Of a DNA stretch of 64,000 nt, positions 48,612 to 59,427 are shown in pieces (position 1 is the stretch's first letter; each line of letters begins with the position of its first letter). The translations under genes were made by a program, and so were the position numbers. The notes beneath the pieces are model-generated. The model made no database searches. It saw only the letters and a list, made by a program, of their open reading frames with translations, and had not been told where the DNA came from. Origin of the DNA: Bacteroidales bacterium (GTDB taxonomy: Bacteria; Bacteroidota; Bacteroidia; Bacteroidales; UBA11471); the NCBI GenBank assembly GCA_045606385.1, contig JAZURX010000011.1, positions 37,680-101,679 of the forward strand. Reading direction: 5' to 3'.

Positions 48612-50441
48612 ATGAAACACGAATTACGAAGCGCGACCTGCACCGAGGGTCGACGTATGGCTGGTGCCAGAGCCTTATGGCGTGCCAACGGTATGAAAGA
48701 GGAACAAATAGGCCGTCCGATAATCGCTGTCGTCAATTCATTTACGCAGTTTGTCCCCGGTCATGTGCACCTGCATGAGATAGGACAGCTGGTAAAATCA
48801 GAAATTGAGAAACTTGGTTGTTTTGCAGCCGAATTCAATACAATAGCCATCGATGATGGTATAGCCATGGGGCACAACGGTATGCTCTATTCTTTGCCTT
48901 CACGCGACCTTATAGCCGATAGCGTAGAATATATGGTAAACGCACATAAGGCCGATGCTATGGTATGTATCAGCAATTGCGACAAGATAACTCCGGGTAT
49001 GTTGATGGCATCGATGCGATTGAACATTCCAACAATTTTTGTATCGGGCGGACCTATGGAAGCTGGGCATCTCGGCAGCCGTTCGCTCGACCTCATCGAT
49101 GCCATGATAGAGGGCGCAGACAATACAGTAAGCGACGAGCAAGTCGCTGCTATCGAACGATATGCATGTCCCGGTTGCGGCTCTTGCTCGGGAATGTTTA
49201 CAGCCAATTCGATGAATAGTCTTAATGAGTCTATCGGCATGGCTTTACCGGGCAACGGATCTATCGTGGCTACTCATGTAAATCGTCGCCGTTTGTTCGA
49301 AAAAGCGGCACGACAGATAGTCGATAATTGCTACGCCTACTATCGTGATGGTGATGAGAGCGTACTGCCTCGCTGTATAGCTACTCGCGCGGCACTTCTC
49401 AATGCCATGACACTCGATATCGCCATGGGCGGGTCTACAAATACTGTTCTGCACCTCTTGGCAATAGCTCAGGAAGCCGGCGTAGATTTTACAATGGACG
49501 ACATTGATCGCTTGTCACGCAAATCTCCCGTACTATGCAAAGTTGCTCCCAACTCATCGTACCATATGCAAGACGTAAATCGCGCAGGAGGTATTATTTC
49601 TATTATGTATCAACTTGCAAGGCAAGGACTCATCGATACCTCTGTGCGTCGTGTCGATCGCAAAACGCTGGGAGAAGTAATAGAGCAATATGCTATCGAA
49701 GGAACCGCCTTCAGCAATGAAGCAGAGAATCTGTGGAAAAGCGCACCTGCCAATCGTTTCAATATACAACTCGGCTCACAAGATAGCTACTACGACACAT
49801 TAGATACCGATAGAGAATCGGGTTGCATACGAGATTTCGAGCATGCATACGTAAAAGATGGCGGTCTTGCCGTACTGCGAGGTAATATAGCACTCGATGG
49901 TTGCGTAGTAAAGACGGCAGGTGTTGACAAAAGTATCTTTCATTTTTGCGGAAAAGCCAAGGTCTTTGAATCGCAAGAAGATGCCTGTGATGGTATCCTC
50001 GGCGGCAAAGTAGAAAGCGGTGATGTCGTGGTCATTACATACGAAGGGCCTAAAGGCGGTCCCGGTATGCAAGAAATGTTATATCCCACTTCGTACATCA
50101 AATCTCGCCACCTCGGTAAGGAGTGCGCACTCATCACAGACGGTCGTTTCTCCGGAGGCACATCGGGATTGTCAATCGGACACATATCGCCAGAAGCAGC
50201 AGCCGGAGGCAATATCGGATTGGTATGCGACGGCGATATGATAGAAATAGATATACCCTCTCGCAGTATCAATGTATTGGTGAGCGATGAAGAACTTGCC
50301 GTTCGTCGGGACAAAGAAAGTGCACGAGGGAAACAAGCATTCACGCCATATCATCGCGACCGCAAAATATCAAAAGCGCTTCGAGCCTATGCGGCTATGG
50401 TAAGTTCTGCCGATAAAGGAGCTACTCGTATTATCGAATAA
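48612..50441 (+). CDS. ilvD: Dihydroxy-acid dehydratase
   Basis: [53 protein letters not shown]. Confidence 0.97.
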   Translation: MKHELRSATCTEGRRMAGARALWRANGMKEEQIGRPIIAVVNSFTQFVPGHVHLHEIGQLVKSEIEKLGCFAAEFNTIAIDDGIAMGHNGMLYSLPSRDLIADSVEYMVNAHKADAMVCISNCDKITPGMLMASMRLNIPTIFVSGGPMEAGHLGSRSLDLIDAMIEGADNTVSDEQVAAIERYACPGCGSCSGMFTANSMNSLNESIGMALPGNGSIVATHVNRRRLFEKAARQIVDNCYAYYRDGDESVLPRCIATRAALLNAMTLDIAMGGSTNTVLHLLAIAQEAGVDFTMDDIDRLSRKSPVLCKVAPNSSYHMQDVNRAGGIISIMYQLARQGLIDTSVRRVDRKTLGEVIEQYAIEGTAFSNEAENLWKSAPANRFNIQLGSQDSYYDTLDTDRESGCIRDFEHAYVKDGGLAVLRGNIALDGCVVKTAGVDKSIFHFCGKAKVFESQEDACDGILGGKVESGDVVVITYEGPKGGPGMQEMLYPTSYIKSRHLGKECALITDGRFSGGTSGLSIGHISPEAAAGGNIGLVCDGDMIEIDIPSRSINVLVSDEELAVRRDKESARGKQAFTPYHRDRKISKALRAYAAMVSSADKGATRIIE

Positions 50442-50504
50442 AATCGTTCAGGAATTATATAAAGCGATAATTTCTATAATCATTCAAAGCTAGAGAAAAT
50501 TCTG

Positions 50505-52202
50505 ATGAATAAAGAAAGAATAACAGGCGCGGAAGCACTGATGCGATCGCTCGAGCATCAAGGAGTAAAAACACTCTTCGGATACCCGGGAGGCTCTATT
50601 ATGCCGGTATTTGATGCGCTCTATGACCACCGCGACAGATTACAACATATATTGGTACGTCACGAACAAGGAGCGACACACGCAGCTCAGGGATATGCCC
50701 GAGCATCGGGAAGTGTCGGGGTATGTCTCGTAACCAGCGGACCGGGAGCAACCAACACCATCACCGGCATTGCCGACGCTATGATAGACAGTACTCCGAT
50801 TGTAGTGATTGCGGGGCAGGTAGCTACATCTTTTTTAGGTTCTGATGCATTCCAAGAGGTCGATTTAGTAGGTATTACACAACCTATTTCGAAGTGGAGC
50901 TATCAGATACGTCGAGCCGAAGATGTTCCTTGGGCCATAGCACGTGCATTCTACATTGCTTCAAGTGGCCGGCCCGGCCCGGTAGTACTCGACTTTGCAA
51001 AAAACACACAAGTCGACACACTCGATTATGAGCCTGTAACCCTCGATTTTGTACGCAGTTATATTCCCGAACCCGATACCGATAAAATGTCTATAATACG
51101 CGCGGCCGAATGTATCAACAAGGCCGAACGGCCTCTTGTTCTTGCAGGACAAGGCATAGAACTCGGTAATGCGCAAGAGCAATTACGCATCTTTATCGAA
51201 AAGGCCCAATTGCCAACAGCATCAACTCTACTCGGTCTTTCGGTTTTACCTTCGGAGCACCCCCTCAATATGGGTATGCTCGGCATGCACGGAAATCTCG
51301 CGCCCAATGTAAAAACCAACGAATGCGATGTACTCATCGCTGTAGGTATGCGATTCGATGATCGTGTCACCGGCAATTTAGCCACATATGCACGTCAGGC
51401 AAAAGTAATACATTTCGACATAGACCCGGCCGAGATAAATAAAAATGTAAAAGCAGATATCGCAGTTCTGGGTAATTGTAAAAATACCCTGCAAGCAGTC
51501 ACAGAGTTACTTCTTCCCGCTACACACAAAGAGTGGATTGCATCTTTTGCCCCATACAGAGAAGAAGAGATATGCAAGGTAATAGAACCCGAAATACACC
51601 CCACAGATAGCGCGCTCAATATGGGTGAAGTGGTAAGGGCCGTGAGCGAAGCTACACACAACAATGCGGTATTGGTCACCGACGTAGGTCAAAACCAAAT
51701 TATGTCGGCACGCTACTTCAAGTACACTCACAAGCGCAGTATCATTACTTCGGGAGGATTAGGAACTATGGGATTTGGTATGCCGGCAGCCATCGGTGCC
51801 ACATTTGCCGTACCCGATCGTACCGTATGTGTGTTTATGGGCGATGGCGGTATACAGATGAATATACAAGAATTGGGCACGATCATGGAACAAAAAGCCC
51901 CCGTAAAAATGATATTGCTCAACAATAATTATTTGGGGAATGTACGTCAATGGCAAGCAATGTTCTTCAATCGCAAGTATTCATTCACCCCTATGGTAAA
52001 TCCCGACTACATGAAAGTGGCCGAGGCCTATGGTATACCGTCTCGGCGTGTCATCGAGCGTAGCGAACTTGCATCGGCCATCGAAGAAATGCTTACTACC
52101 GATGGGCCGTTCTTGATGGAAGCCTGCGTGATAGAAGAAGGTAATGTATTGCCCATGACACCTCCCGGGGGCACGGTCGATACAATGTTACTCGAATGTT
52201 AA
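50505..52202 (+). CDS. ilvB: Acetolactate synthase large subunit
   Basis: FGYPGG, RHEQGA, TSGPGATN, RFDDRVTG, TPP motif GDGG...NN. Confidence 0.96.
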   Translation: MNKERITGAEALMRSLEHQGVKTLFGYPGGSIMPVFDALYDHRDRLQHILVRHEQGATHAAQGYARASGSVGVCLVTSGPGATNTITGIADAMIDSTPIVVIAGQVATSFLGSDAFQEVDLVGITQPISKWSYQIRRAEDVPWAIARAFYIASSGRPGPVVLDFAKNTQVDTLDYEPVTLDFVRSYIPEPDTDKMSIIRAAECINKAERPLVLAGQGIELGNAQEQLRIFIEKAQLPTASTLLGLSVLPSEHPLNMGMLGMHGNLAPNVKTNECDVLIAVGMRFDDRVTGNLATYARQAKVIHFDIDPAEINKNVKADIAVLGNCKNTLQAVTELLLPATHKEWIASFAPYREEEICKVIEPEIHPTDSALNMGEVVRAVSEATHNNAVLVTDVGQNQIMSARYFKYTHKRSIITSGGLGTMGFGMPAAIGATFAVPDRTVCVFMGDGGIQMNIQELGTIMEQKAPVKMILLNNNYLGNVRQWQAMFFNRKYSFTPMVNPDYMKVAEAYGIPSRRVIERSELASAIEEMLTTDGPFLMEACVIEEGNVLPMTPPGGTVDTMLLEC

Positions 52203-52214
52203 TTGATTGAAGTT

Positions 52215-52769
52215 ATGGATAAAATATTATATACACTCATCGTATACTCCGAAAACATAGCAGGTCTTCTCAATCAGATTACCGCCGTATTTACACGTCG
52301 CCAAATCAATATTGAAAGTCTCAACGTATCGGCATCGTCGATAAAGGGTGTGCATAAATACACCATTACTGCATGGACCGACGAGGAGACTATCAAGATT
52401 ATAGTACGACAGATAGAGAAGAAAATAGATGTATTACAAGCCCATTATTTTACCGATAATGAAATATTTTCGCATGAAATAGCGCTCTATAAACTATCAA
52501 CTTCCATACTCGAAAAAGACCCGCGAGTATCGGCTCTTATTCGTAAGTACAACGCCCGTGTGGTAGAGATAAATCCCACCTATTCGGCCATGGAAAAAGA
52601 CGGTTCAACCGAAGATATTACCGCCTTCTATGACGAATTGAAAGCTCTCGACTGCGTCTTGCAATTTGTACGTTCGGGACGTATAGCACTTACCAAGAGT
52701 TGTGTAGAACGTGTGAACGAATTTCTTGCCGAACGCGAGGCAAGGCATCTTAATCAAAAAAAGGATTAA
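52215..52769 (+). CDS. ilvN: Acetolactate synthase small (regulatory) subunit
   Basis: ACT domain ENIAGLLNQITAVFTRRQINIESL, VRSGRIA; start ATG 52215. Confidence 0.93.
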   Translation: MDKILYTLIVYSENIAGLLNQITAVFTRRQINIESLNVSASSIKGVHKYTITAWTDEETIKIIVRQIEKKIDVLQAHYFTDNEIFSHEIALYKLSTSILEKDPRVSALIRKYNARVVEINPTYSAMEKDGSTEDITAFYDELKALDCVLQFVRSGRIALTKSCVERVNEFLAEREARHLNQKKD

Positions 52770-52770
52770 T

Positions 52771-53520
52771 ATGACAAGCAATAAAGAATTGGTCGGGAAA
52801 TATAATTTTGTCGCTGAACCATTCTGCTCCGATTTTACCGGGCACATGTCGCTCAGCACATTAGGTGAAATGTTGCTCAATGTAGCCGAGTTTCATGCTT
52901 CAGACCGCGGTTTTGGCATCATCGACATCAATCAAGGAGCACACACATGGGTACTCTCACGACTGGCATTAGAGTTCGACGAGATGCCTCGTCAGACCGA
53001 GCCATTTGCCATACATACATGGGTAGAAAATGTGTACAAACTCTTCACAGCACGTAACTTCGCCATCATCAACAAGGAGGAAAGAGCTATCGGTTATGCT
53101 CGTTCGGTATGGGCCATGATCGACCTCGAAACCCGTAAGCCGGTCGACCTACTGAGCGTATACGGAGGTGGAATTAGCGACTACATATGCGACAAAGAGT
53201 GCCCCATAGAAGGGATAGGAAAGGTGAGAATAAACAGTACAGAACCTGCGCGAGAGATACAAATGCTTTTCAGCGATATCGACATCAACGGGCATGTAAA
53301 CAGTATCAGACATATTGATCATATACTCGACTTGTTTCCCCTCGATTTATACAAAGAAAAGCGTATAAAACGATTCGAAATAGCTTATGTAAACGAGAGT
53401 TACTATGGCGATACCTTGACATTCTACCTCGACGACAAAGGTTGTGGAGAATACCAAATAGAAGTAAAGAAAAAAGAGAACGGCGATATTATTTGCCGCA
53501 GTAAAGTGTTATTTATTTAG
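52771..53520 (+). CDS. Acyl-ACP thioesterase (double hot-dog fold)
   Basis: WVLSRL and DIDINGHVNS motifs; start ATG 52771. Confidence 0.88.
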   Translation: MTSNKELVGKYNFVAEPFCSDFTGHMSLSTLGEMLLNVAEFHASDRGFGIIDINQGAHTWVLSRLALEFDEMPRQTEPFAIHTWVENVYKLFTARNFAIINKEERAIGYARSVWAMIDLETRKPVDLLSVYGGGISDYICDKECPIEGIGKVRINSTEPAREIQMLFSDIDINGHVNSIRHIDHILDLFPLDLYKEKRIKRFEIAYVNESYYGDTLTFYLDDKGCGEYQIEVKKKENGDIICRSKVLFI

Positions 53521-53548
53521 TAAGTCAAACTTATAAAAAACAAGAACA

Positions 53549-54595
53549 ATGGCAGTTATCAATTTTGGCGGTGTTGACGAAAATGTCGTTACCCGCGAAG
53601 AATTTCCTTTGGAAAAAGCAAGAGAAGTACTCAAAGACGAAATTATAGCCGTAATCGGATATGGAGTACAAGGCCCCGGTCAGAGCCTCAACCTCCGCGA
53701 CAACGGTTTCAATGTAATAGTCGGTCAACGCAAAGGCGGCAAAACATGGGAAAAAGCTGTTGCCGACGGTTGGGTTCCCGGCGAAACCTTGTTCGAAATC
53801 GAAGAAGCATGTCAACGTGCGACTATTATACAATATTTGCTCTCCGATGCCGCACAAATCGAGGTATGGCCACGCATAAAACCATATCTTACACCGGGCA
53901 AAGCTCTCTACTTCTCGCACGGTTTTGCCATTACATACAAAGAGCGCACCAACATCATACCACCCGCCGATGTCGATGTTATACTCATCGCTCCCAAAGG
54001 TTCGGGAACAAGTCTGCGCCGTATGTTTTTACAAGGTCGCGGTCTCAACTCGAGCTACGCCATATTCCAAGATGCCACCGGTCGTGCCAAAGAGCGTGTT
54101 ATTGCCCTTGGTATAGGTGTTGGTTCGGGTTATCTCTTTGAAACCACATTCAAAAAAGAGGTATATTCCGACCTTACCGGTGAACGCGGTACACTTATGG
54201 GAGCTATACAAGGCTTGTTGCTGGCACAATACGAAGTGCTGCGCGAAAATGGTCATGAGCCATCTGAAGCTTTCAACGAAACGGTTGAGGAACTCACCCA
54301 ATCACTCATGCCTCTCTTCGCCGAAAATGGCATGGATTGGATGTATGCCAATTGCTCTACCACAGCTCAACGCGGTGCACTCGATTGGATGGGGCCGTTC
54401 CACGATGCCGTAAAACCTGTATTCGAGAAACTCTACCAAGAGGTAGCATGTGGTAATGAAGCTCAACGTTCTATCGACACAAACAGTAAGCCAGACTATC
54501 GCGAAGGTCTGGAAAAAGAATTGGCCGCACTGCGCGAAAGCGAAATGTGGCGTACCGGAGCTGTAGTTCGCAAACTTCGCCCCGAAAACAATTAA
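53549..54595 (+). CDS. ilvC: Ketol-acid reductoisomerase
   Basis: VIGYGVQG, SHGF, APKGSG, SDLTGERG, CSTTAQRG. Confidence 0.96.
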   Translation: MAVINFGGVDENVVTREEFPLEKAREVLKDEIIAVIGYGVQGPGQSLNLRDNGFNVIVGQRKGGKTWEKAVADGWVPGETLFEIEEACQRATIIQYLLSDAAQIEVWPRIKPYLTPGKALYFSHGFAITYKERTNIIPPADVDVILIAPKGSGTSLRRMFLQGRGLNSSYAIFQDATGRAKERVIALGIGVGSGYLFETTFKKEVYSDLTGERGTLMGAIQGLLLAQYEVLRENGHEPSEAFNETVEELTQSLMPLFAENGMDWMYANCSTTAQRGALDWMGPFHDAVKPVFEKLYQEVACGNEAQRSIDTNSKPDYREGLEKELAALRESEMWRTGAVVRKLRPENN

Positions 54596-54642
54596 TTGCC
54601 ACAGACAAATAAGACGGCAAATCATCTATCAGATTTGGAAGT

Positions 54643-54677
54643 AAAGAGTTCGGCTATTTGTCGAACTCTTTGTTTTT
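54643..54677 (+). terminator. Intrinsic terminator of the ilv operon
   Basis: AAAGAGTTCGGC / GTCGAACTCTTT stem followed by GTTTTT. Confidence 0.8.
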
Positions 54678-54804
54678 ATAATAATACATATTTATAGACC
54701 TGCGGACACACAAAACCATAAACTGCTGTTCTTAAATCTCGACATGATTATATTATACACCAATAACAGAAAGCAAGCATGACTTAGTATAAAAATTAAA
54801 TAAA

Positions 54805-54838
54805 TTTGTATTTCTACTCTCGTCTTTCACTATCTTTG
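54805..54838 (+). promoter_or_regulatory. Promoter of the GNAT-SDR pair
   Basis: TTTG at 54805-54808 and TATCTTTG at 54831-54838; the 22-nt spacer is slightly long. Confidence 0.6.
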
Positions 54839-54842
54839 CACT

Positions 54843-55403
54843 ATGCATAGTGATGAGATAACAATAAGAGCGGGACAGAGAGATGATGCAGAATTTATAG
54901 CCACTGTCGTGTGCATGGCACTCGATAGCACTCCCGAAGAACATCCATTATATCCGGTATTCAGAGAACTTGCCGGCAGAGATAAGGCGCAATATAGCTA
55001 CCGAAATGCCCTAATAGCCGAAGTCGATGGTCGGCGTGCCGGCGGCATAGTAGGCTACGATGGCGCCCGTCTGCATGAACTGCGTGAACCGATATATGCG
55101 CTTATACAGCAACAGTTGGGACAAGACATCGTCATAGAAGAAGAAATAAGTGCCGGAGAATTTTACCTCGACTCTGTGGCTGTACTGCCCGAGTACCGTA
55201 ACAAAGGTATAGGAGCAGCCCTACTCACAACGCTACGCGACAAGGCTTTTTCCGAAGGTCATAAATACGTGGGATTACTTGTCGATACCGAAAACAATCG
55301 CGCCGAGGCTCTATACCGCACTATCGGTTTCGAACGTGTAAATGCCACGACATTTCTCGGCATACCCATGTGGCACATGCAATGCAAAATCCGAACAAAA
55401 TAA
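54843..55403 (+). CDS. GNAT-family N-acetyltransferase
   Basis: YLDSVAVLPEYRNKGIG, NNRAEALYRTIGF. Confidence 0.88.
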   Translation: MHSDEITIRAGQRDDAEFIATVVCMALDSTPEEHPLYPVFRELAGRDKAQYSYRNALIAEVDGRRAGGIVGYDGARLHELREPIYALIQQQLGQDIVIEEEISAGEFYLDSVAVLPEYRNKGIGAALLTTLRDKAFSEGHKYVGLLVDTENNRAEALYRTIGFERVNATTFLGIPMWHMQCKIRTK

Positions 55404-55413
55404 TTAATTATAT

Positions 55414-56148
55414 ATGAAAAGACGCATATTTATTACCGGAGGAGGTCACGGCATAGGCCGCGCCATAGTCGAAGCATTTGTTGGAATCGGAGATTGCGTG
55501 GCATTCTGCGACATCAACACCAACTACGGCTCGGAGACCGCACATGCCACAGGAGCACGATTCTACAATATAGATGTGTGCAACAAGAAGGCTTTGGAAC
55601 AATGTATAGAATCTCTACTCGACGAGTGGGGCGACATCGATATAATTGTAAACAACGTAGGTATCGGCGGTTTCGAATCGATAATCGATGGTTCGGTAGA
55701 GCACTTCGAACAAGTACTCAACACCAATCTGCGCAGTGCATTTATTACCTCACGCCTGCTAGCCATACATCGCAGTAAACAAAACGAAATCAATCCATAC
55801 GGCCGTATTATCAACTTATGCTCCACCCGCTACTTGCAAAGCGAAGCCGGTACAGAGGCATACGCTGCATCGAAAGGGGGTATATGGTCGCTCACACATG
55901 CCTTAGCTGTTTCGCTTGCCCCCTACCATATCACGGTAAACTGTATAGCACCGGGGTGGATAAGTGTAAACGAAGACGAAATTATACGAAGCGAAGATAA
56001 AACATTCCATCTCTCGGGGCGCGTAGGTACTCCCGAAGATATTGCTCGCATCTGCATGTTCCTATGCGAAACAGGCAACGACTTCATCAACGGGCAGTGT
56101 ATCACCGTCGATGGAGGTGCAACCAAAAAGATGATTTACCCCAAATAA
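55414..56148 (+). CDS. SDR-family oxidoreductase
   Basis: TGGGHGIG, NNVG, YAASK, VNCIAPG, VDGG. Confidence 0.9.
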   Translation: MKRRIFITGGGHGIGRAIVEAFVGIGDCVAFCDINTNYGSETAHATGARFYNIDVCNKKALEQCIESLLDEWGDIDIIVNNVGIGGFESIIDGSVEHFEQVLNTNLRSAFITSRLLAIHRSKQNEINPYGRIINLCSTRYLQSEAGTEAYAASKGGIWSLTHALAVSLAPYHITVNCIAPGWISVNEDEIIRSEDKTFHLSGRVGTPEDIARICMFLCETGNDFINGQCITVDGGATKKMIYPK

Positions 56149-56208
56149 TTGTTCCTCGACATAGGCATACTACTTGTCTGCAGATAAAGGTCGCTACTTA
56201 CGATAAGA

Positions 56209-57269
56209 TTATTCTACGACAAACCGCGGATTCTCATCGAATCTGATGTATAGGGTTTTGGAACCTTCGACGGGATAAAAATATTCGCCACGTTTTTCAC
56301 AGATATTCCAACAAAACTTGCGCGCATTATATATATAATTGTGATAAAAACAGATGTCGGAAGGTGCAGAATGGAAATCACTTTCCAACTCGTTATCATA
56401 TATTGCAGCCTTGACAATAGTTGTTCCTGCACAATAAAACAACCCTGCCGTAAAACTTTTAGAATAGCTGCCCCCCAATTCTCCATGATGCGATAGGAGA
56501 TAGTATTGTATGTTGTTGCGCTCGATGGGATATATTTTTGTAGGCATAAAACCCTCGCGCATATATACTTGCCAACGCCCCTCATCGTCACAAAAAAATA
56601 CAGGATTGGAACAAGGATAATATACGCTTTGAATACTACCCATATTCATGATGGCCACACGACCATCGGGCGATACCACATGAGCGAGCATCTTTATATC
56701 AGGAACAAATCGTACCATCTGCTGCAACAAGCGGAAACAGATCAAACGATATTGATCTCCGCCGAAATATCCTTCGGAATAATTTCGAGTATATTTCGAA
56801 TGAAAATTCTCTAATCCGGCAAGAAGCTCCTCGGTCGGATACACATTTATATCCCCATCGACATAACGTTGCAATTGCCATATGGCATTATGATAATCAT
56901 CGATACACTTTCTTCGAGTTTTTTCACTGTCGGCATCTTCACTCATATAATCCCACCCTTCCTCGGCTATATAATAATCGGAAACATCACCAAATAATCG
57001 ATAATACTTTGAGGTTCAGGGGTAGTTGTAATATGTTCGGTAACCATTTCGACATAGTTGGCAATCATTAACTCTCTTAAGTCCCACGCAATATAATCAT
57101 CGTTGTATTTTATCGTCACATCGGATATATGATCCAAAAGAGTAAGTTCTCCCCCCAATGTAATCGATTCTGCAGTCTCGACTTTGTCTGATGCCCGATT
57201 ACAAGCAGAAATGCAAACAGTAAATATAACCACGATAAAAAGCTGGACAATTAATTTTCGGATATTCAT
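56209..57269 (-). pseudogene. Hypothetical lipoprotein split by a frameshift (ORFs 57269-56967 and 56946-56209)
   Basis: ORF1 has a lipobox (ISAC). The ORF2 frame is open across the last ~15 codons of ORF1; one added base near 56992-56994 joins them. Confidence 0.55.
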
Positions 57270-57320
57270 AGTCTAAATAAATAAGAGTTTGATGTATTTA
57301 TAGAGAGTGCTCAATAGTGC

Positions 57321-57647
57321 CTAACCTATCACTATATGAGTATCTTTCAAGGGAAATTTTCGAAGCACATCGGTATACTCTACCACAATACATACCACAT
57401 CACCTACTTTACACGGCACTTTCTTGGTTGATACTACGTTGTCTTTTTCCACATTAATACAAGTCGTTTCACACCGTTTTTCACCATTGACAAGAGTCAG
57501 TGTTTTACCGGCAACTATCTCGGTATCACACAACACCTCACACCTAAACATCACACCAAACGACAACGGTATACAACCCGTAATAGCTAAAGCATCACAC
57601 TCTTCACGTTTACGAGAACGGATTAGAAAAGAAAAAAGATTTCTCAT
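57321..57647 (-). CDS. Hypothetical 108-aa protein
   Basis: ATG start with its own -7 box (TAAATTTG, 57692-57685); beta-strand-like composition. Confidence 0.55.
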   Translation of the reverse strand: MRNLFSFLIRSRKREECDALAITGCIPLSFGVMFRCEVLCDTEIVAGKTLTLVNGEKRCETTCINVEKDNVVSTKKVPCKVGDVVCIVVEYTDVLRKFPLKDTHIVIG

Positions 57648-57731
57648 CGAAAATATATTGAATTTTAATTTGAATTTTGTCGCACAAATTTATCCAAAAG
57701 GTTATGAAAGTGCAAATAAGGCATTACGTAT

Positions 57732-57762
57732 TTTGCCATGCGAATCATATTTTATACCTTTG
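57732..57762 (+). promoter_or_regulatory. Consensus promoter of the inositol-lipid operon
   Basis: TTTG (57732-57735), 19-nt spacer, TACCTTTG (57755-57762). Confidence 0.78.
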
Positions 57763-57792
57763 CACGACTTTTTATGGTCACGATACATCGTT

Positions 57793-58281
57793 ATGAAAAA
57801 AACACACAACGCTCGTCCCCCTTTTATTGTATCATTTATCTCTACCGGTTTTGGCTCGGGCTATTCGCCCATAGCGCCGGGGACAGCAGGAGCTATACTT
57901 GCAACGCTTATGTGGCTGGGAGGGTATTATTTGCTCCCGTTCGACGCATTACAATTAGCTCTTGCCGCTGCCATATTCCTTTTCACCATACTCGGGGTAT
58001 GGTCAAGTAGTGTGGCGGAGCGATATTGGGGAGAAGACCCGTCGCGAGTGGTAGTAGACGAGATGGTGGGTGTATGGATACCTCTTATAGTAGTACCTGA
58101 AGGTAATTTGTGGTATGCATTGGCCGCCCTTATTCTATTTCGATTCTTCGACATTGTAAAACCCTTAGGAGTGAGAAAGATGGAAAAATTAGGCGGAGGA
58201 TTGGGCATCATGATGGACGATATATTGGCCGGAACATATAGTGCGCTGTTACTTGTAGCAGCTCACTTTATAATTGTATAA
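57793..58281 (+). CDS. pgpA: PgpA-family lipid phosphate phosphatase (probable PIP phosphatase)
   Basis: GSGYSPIAPGTAG, DPSRVVVDEMVG, FRFFDIVKP, GIMMDDILAG; start ATG 57793. Confidence 0.88.
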   Translation: MKKTHNARPPFIVSFISTGFGSGYSPIAPGTAGAILATLMWLGGYYLLPFDALQLALAAAIFLFTILGVWSSSVAERYWGEDPSRVVVDEMVGVWIPLIVVPEGNLWYALAALILFRFFDIVKPLGVRKMEKLGGGLGIMMDDILAGTYSALLLVAAHFIIV

Positions 58282-58285
58282 ACCG

Positions 58286-58756
58286 ATGTCGAAAAAAACA
58301 TTCAAGCAACTAATTAAATCGCTCTTCTCGGCACAACTGGCGGGGATTATCGATTTTCTCACCGCCCTATTGCTCGCCAACTGCGGATTGTACTATGTGG
58401 CATCAACATTCTGCGGAGCATTGACAGGAGGTGTAGTCAATTGTTGCATCAACTATAAATGGGTATTCAACTCGACCGACTGCTCCAAACGCAACATCGC
58501 TATAAAATACCTATTGGTATGGACAGGGAGTATCTTTCTCAACACTTACGGCACCTACATGCTTACCGAGAGCATTCTTGATATGGAATGGGCCTCGCAA
58601 CTGAGCGGACTTTTTGCCATAAACCTTTTCCTTATACCCAAAATTATTGTCGCTATATTTGTATCGATATTTTGGAATTTTCTATTACATAAAAATTTTG
58701 TGTATCGAGATTGCCACATCGACGAAATGCACATATTCCATCGTCACCACAAATAA
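58286..58756 (+). CDS. GtrA-family membrane protein
   Basis: Four TM segments, NCCINYKWVF, KIIV...WNF...FVY. Confidence 0.8.
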   Translation: MSKKTFKQLIKSLFSAQLAGIIDFLTALLLANCGLYYVASTFCGALTGGVVNCCINYKWVFNSTDCSKRNIAIKYLLVWTGSIFLNTYGTYMLTESILDMEWASQLSGLFAINLFLIPKIIVAIFVSIFWNFLLHKNFVYRDCHIDEMHIFHRHHK

Positions 58757-58768
58757 TCATATACTACC

Positions 58769-59413
58769 ATGCATTACAGAGACTTTCTACAACAAGTAAT
58801 CTATAAGATTATCAACCCATTGGTAAACGGAATGATAAAAATAGGGATTACACCCAATTTCATTACAACCACAGGTTTAATACTCAATATTGCGGCAGCA
58901 GCCATCTTCATCTATGCCGGATACCAGAGTTGCGACACTTTGATGTATGTGGGTATCGGTGGAGGCGTCGTGCTTTTTGCCGGATTGTTTGATATGCTCG
59001 ATGGCCGTGTAGCCCGTGTAGGCGGTAAAGTATCGCGATTCGGAGCATTCTACGACTCGGTTCTCGACCGATACAGCGAGTTGTTTACTTTATTCGGCAT
59101 ATTCTTTTTTCTCATACTCAAAGGGTATATGGCATGGGCTATTGTCACCTTTGTTGCTCTGATAGGTTCTATCATGGTAAGCTACGTGCGAGCTCGTGCC
59201 GAAGGCCTCGACATAGAGTGTAAAGTAGGGCTCATGCAACGCCCCGAGCGCGTAGTTCTCACAGCTCTCGGCGCCATATTCTGCGGCGTGTTTGCCGACA
59301 TAACCCTCTTCGATCCCGTATTAATACTTACCATACCGCAGGCCATTATTGCCGTACTTGCCAATTACACGGCATTTATACGCATTGCCCACTGCTATAA
59401 AAAATTGAAATAA
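58769..59413 (+). CDS. CDP-alcohol phosphatidyltransferase (probable phosphatidylinositol-phosphate synthase)
   Basis: DMLDGRVAR...[27 protein letters not shown]. Confidence 0.9.
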   Translation: MHYRDFLQQVIYKIINPLVNGMIKIGITPNFITTTGLILNIAAAAIFIYAGYQSCDTLMYVGIGGGVVLFAGLFDMLDGRVARVGGKVSRFGAFYDSVLDRYSELFTLFGIFFFLILKGYMAWAIVTFVALIGSIMVSYVRARAEGLDIECKVGLMQRPERVVLTALGAIFCGVFADITLFDPVLILTIPQAIIAVLANYTAFIRIAHCYKKLK

Positions 59414-59427
59414 GATATACACTTGTC

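Noticed and set aside
48399..48620. 73-aa minus-strand ORF upstream of ilvD, and similar ORFs at 7787-8014 and 40610-40813
   Set aside because: AT-rich intergenic frames; the first is simply antisense to the ilv leader and attenuator.
57424..57792. 123-aa N-terminal extension of PgpA in the ORF track
   Set aside because: It is antisense to the 57321-57647 ORF and spans the consensus promoter; ATG 57793 is the likely start.
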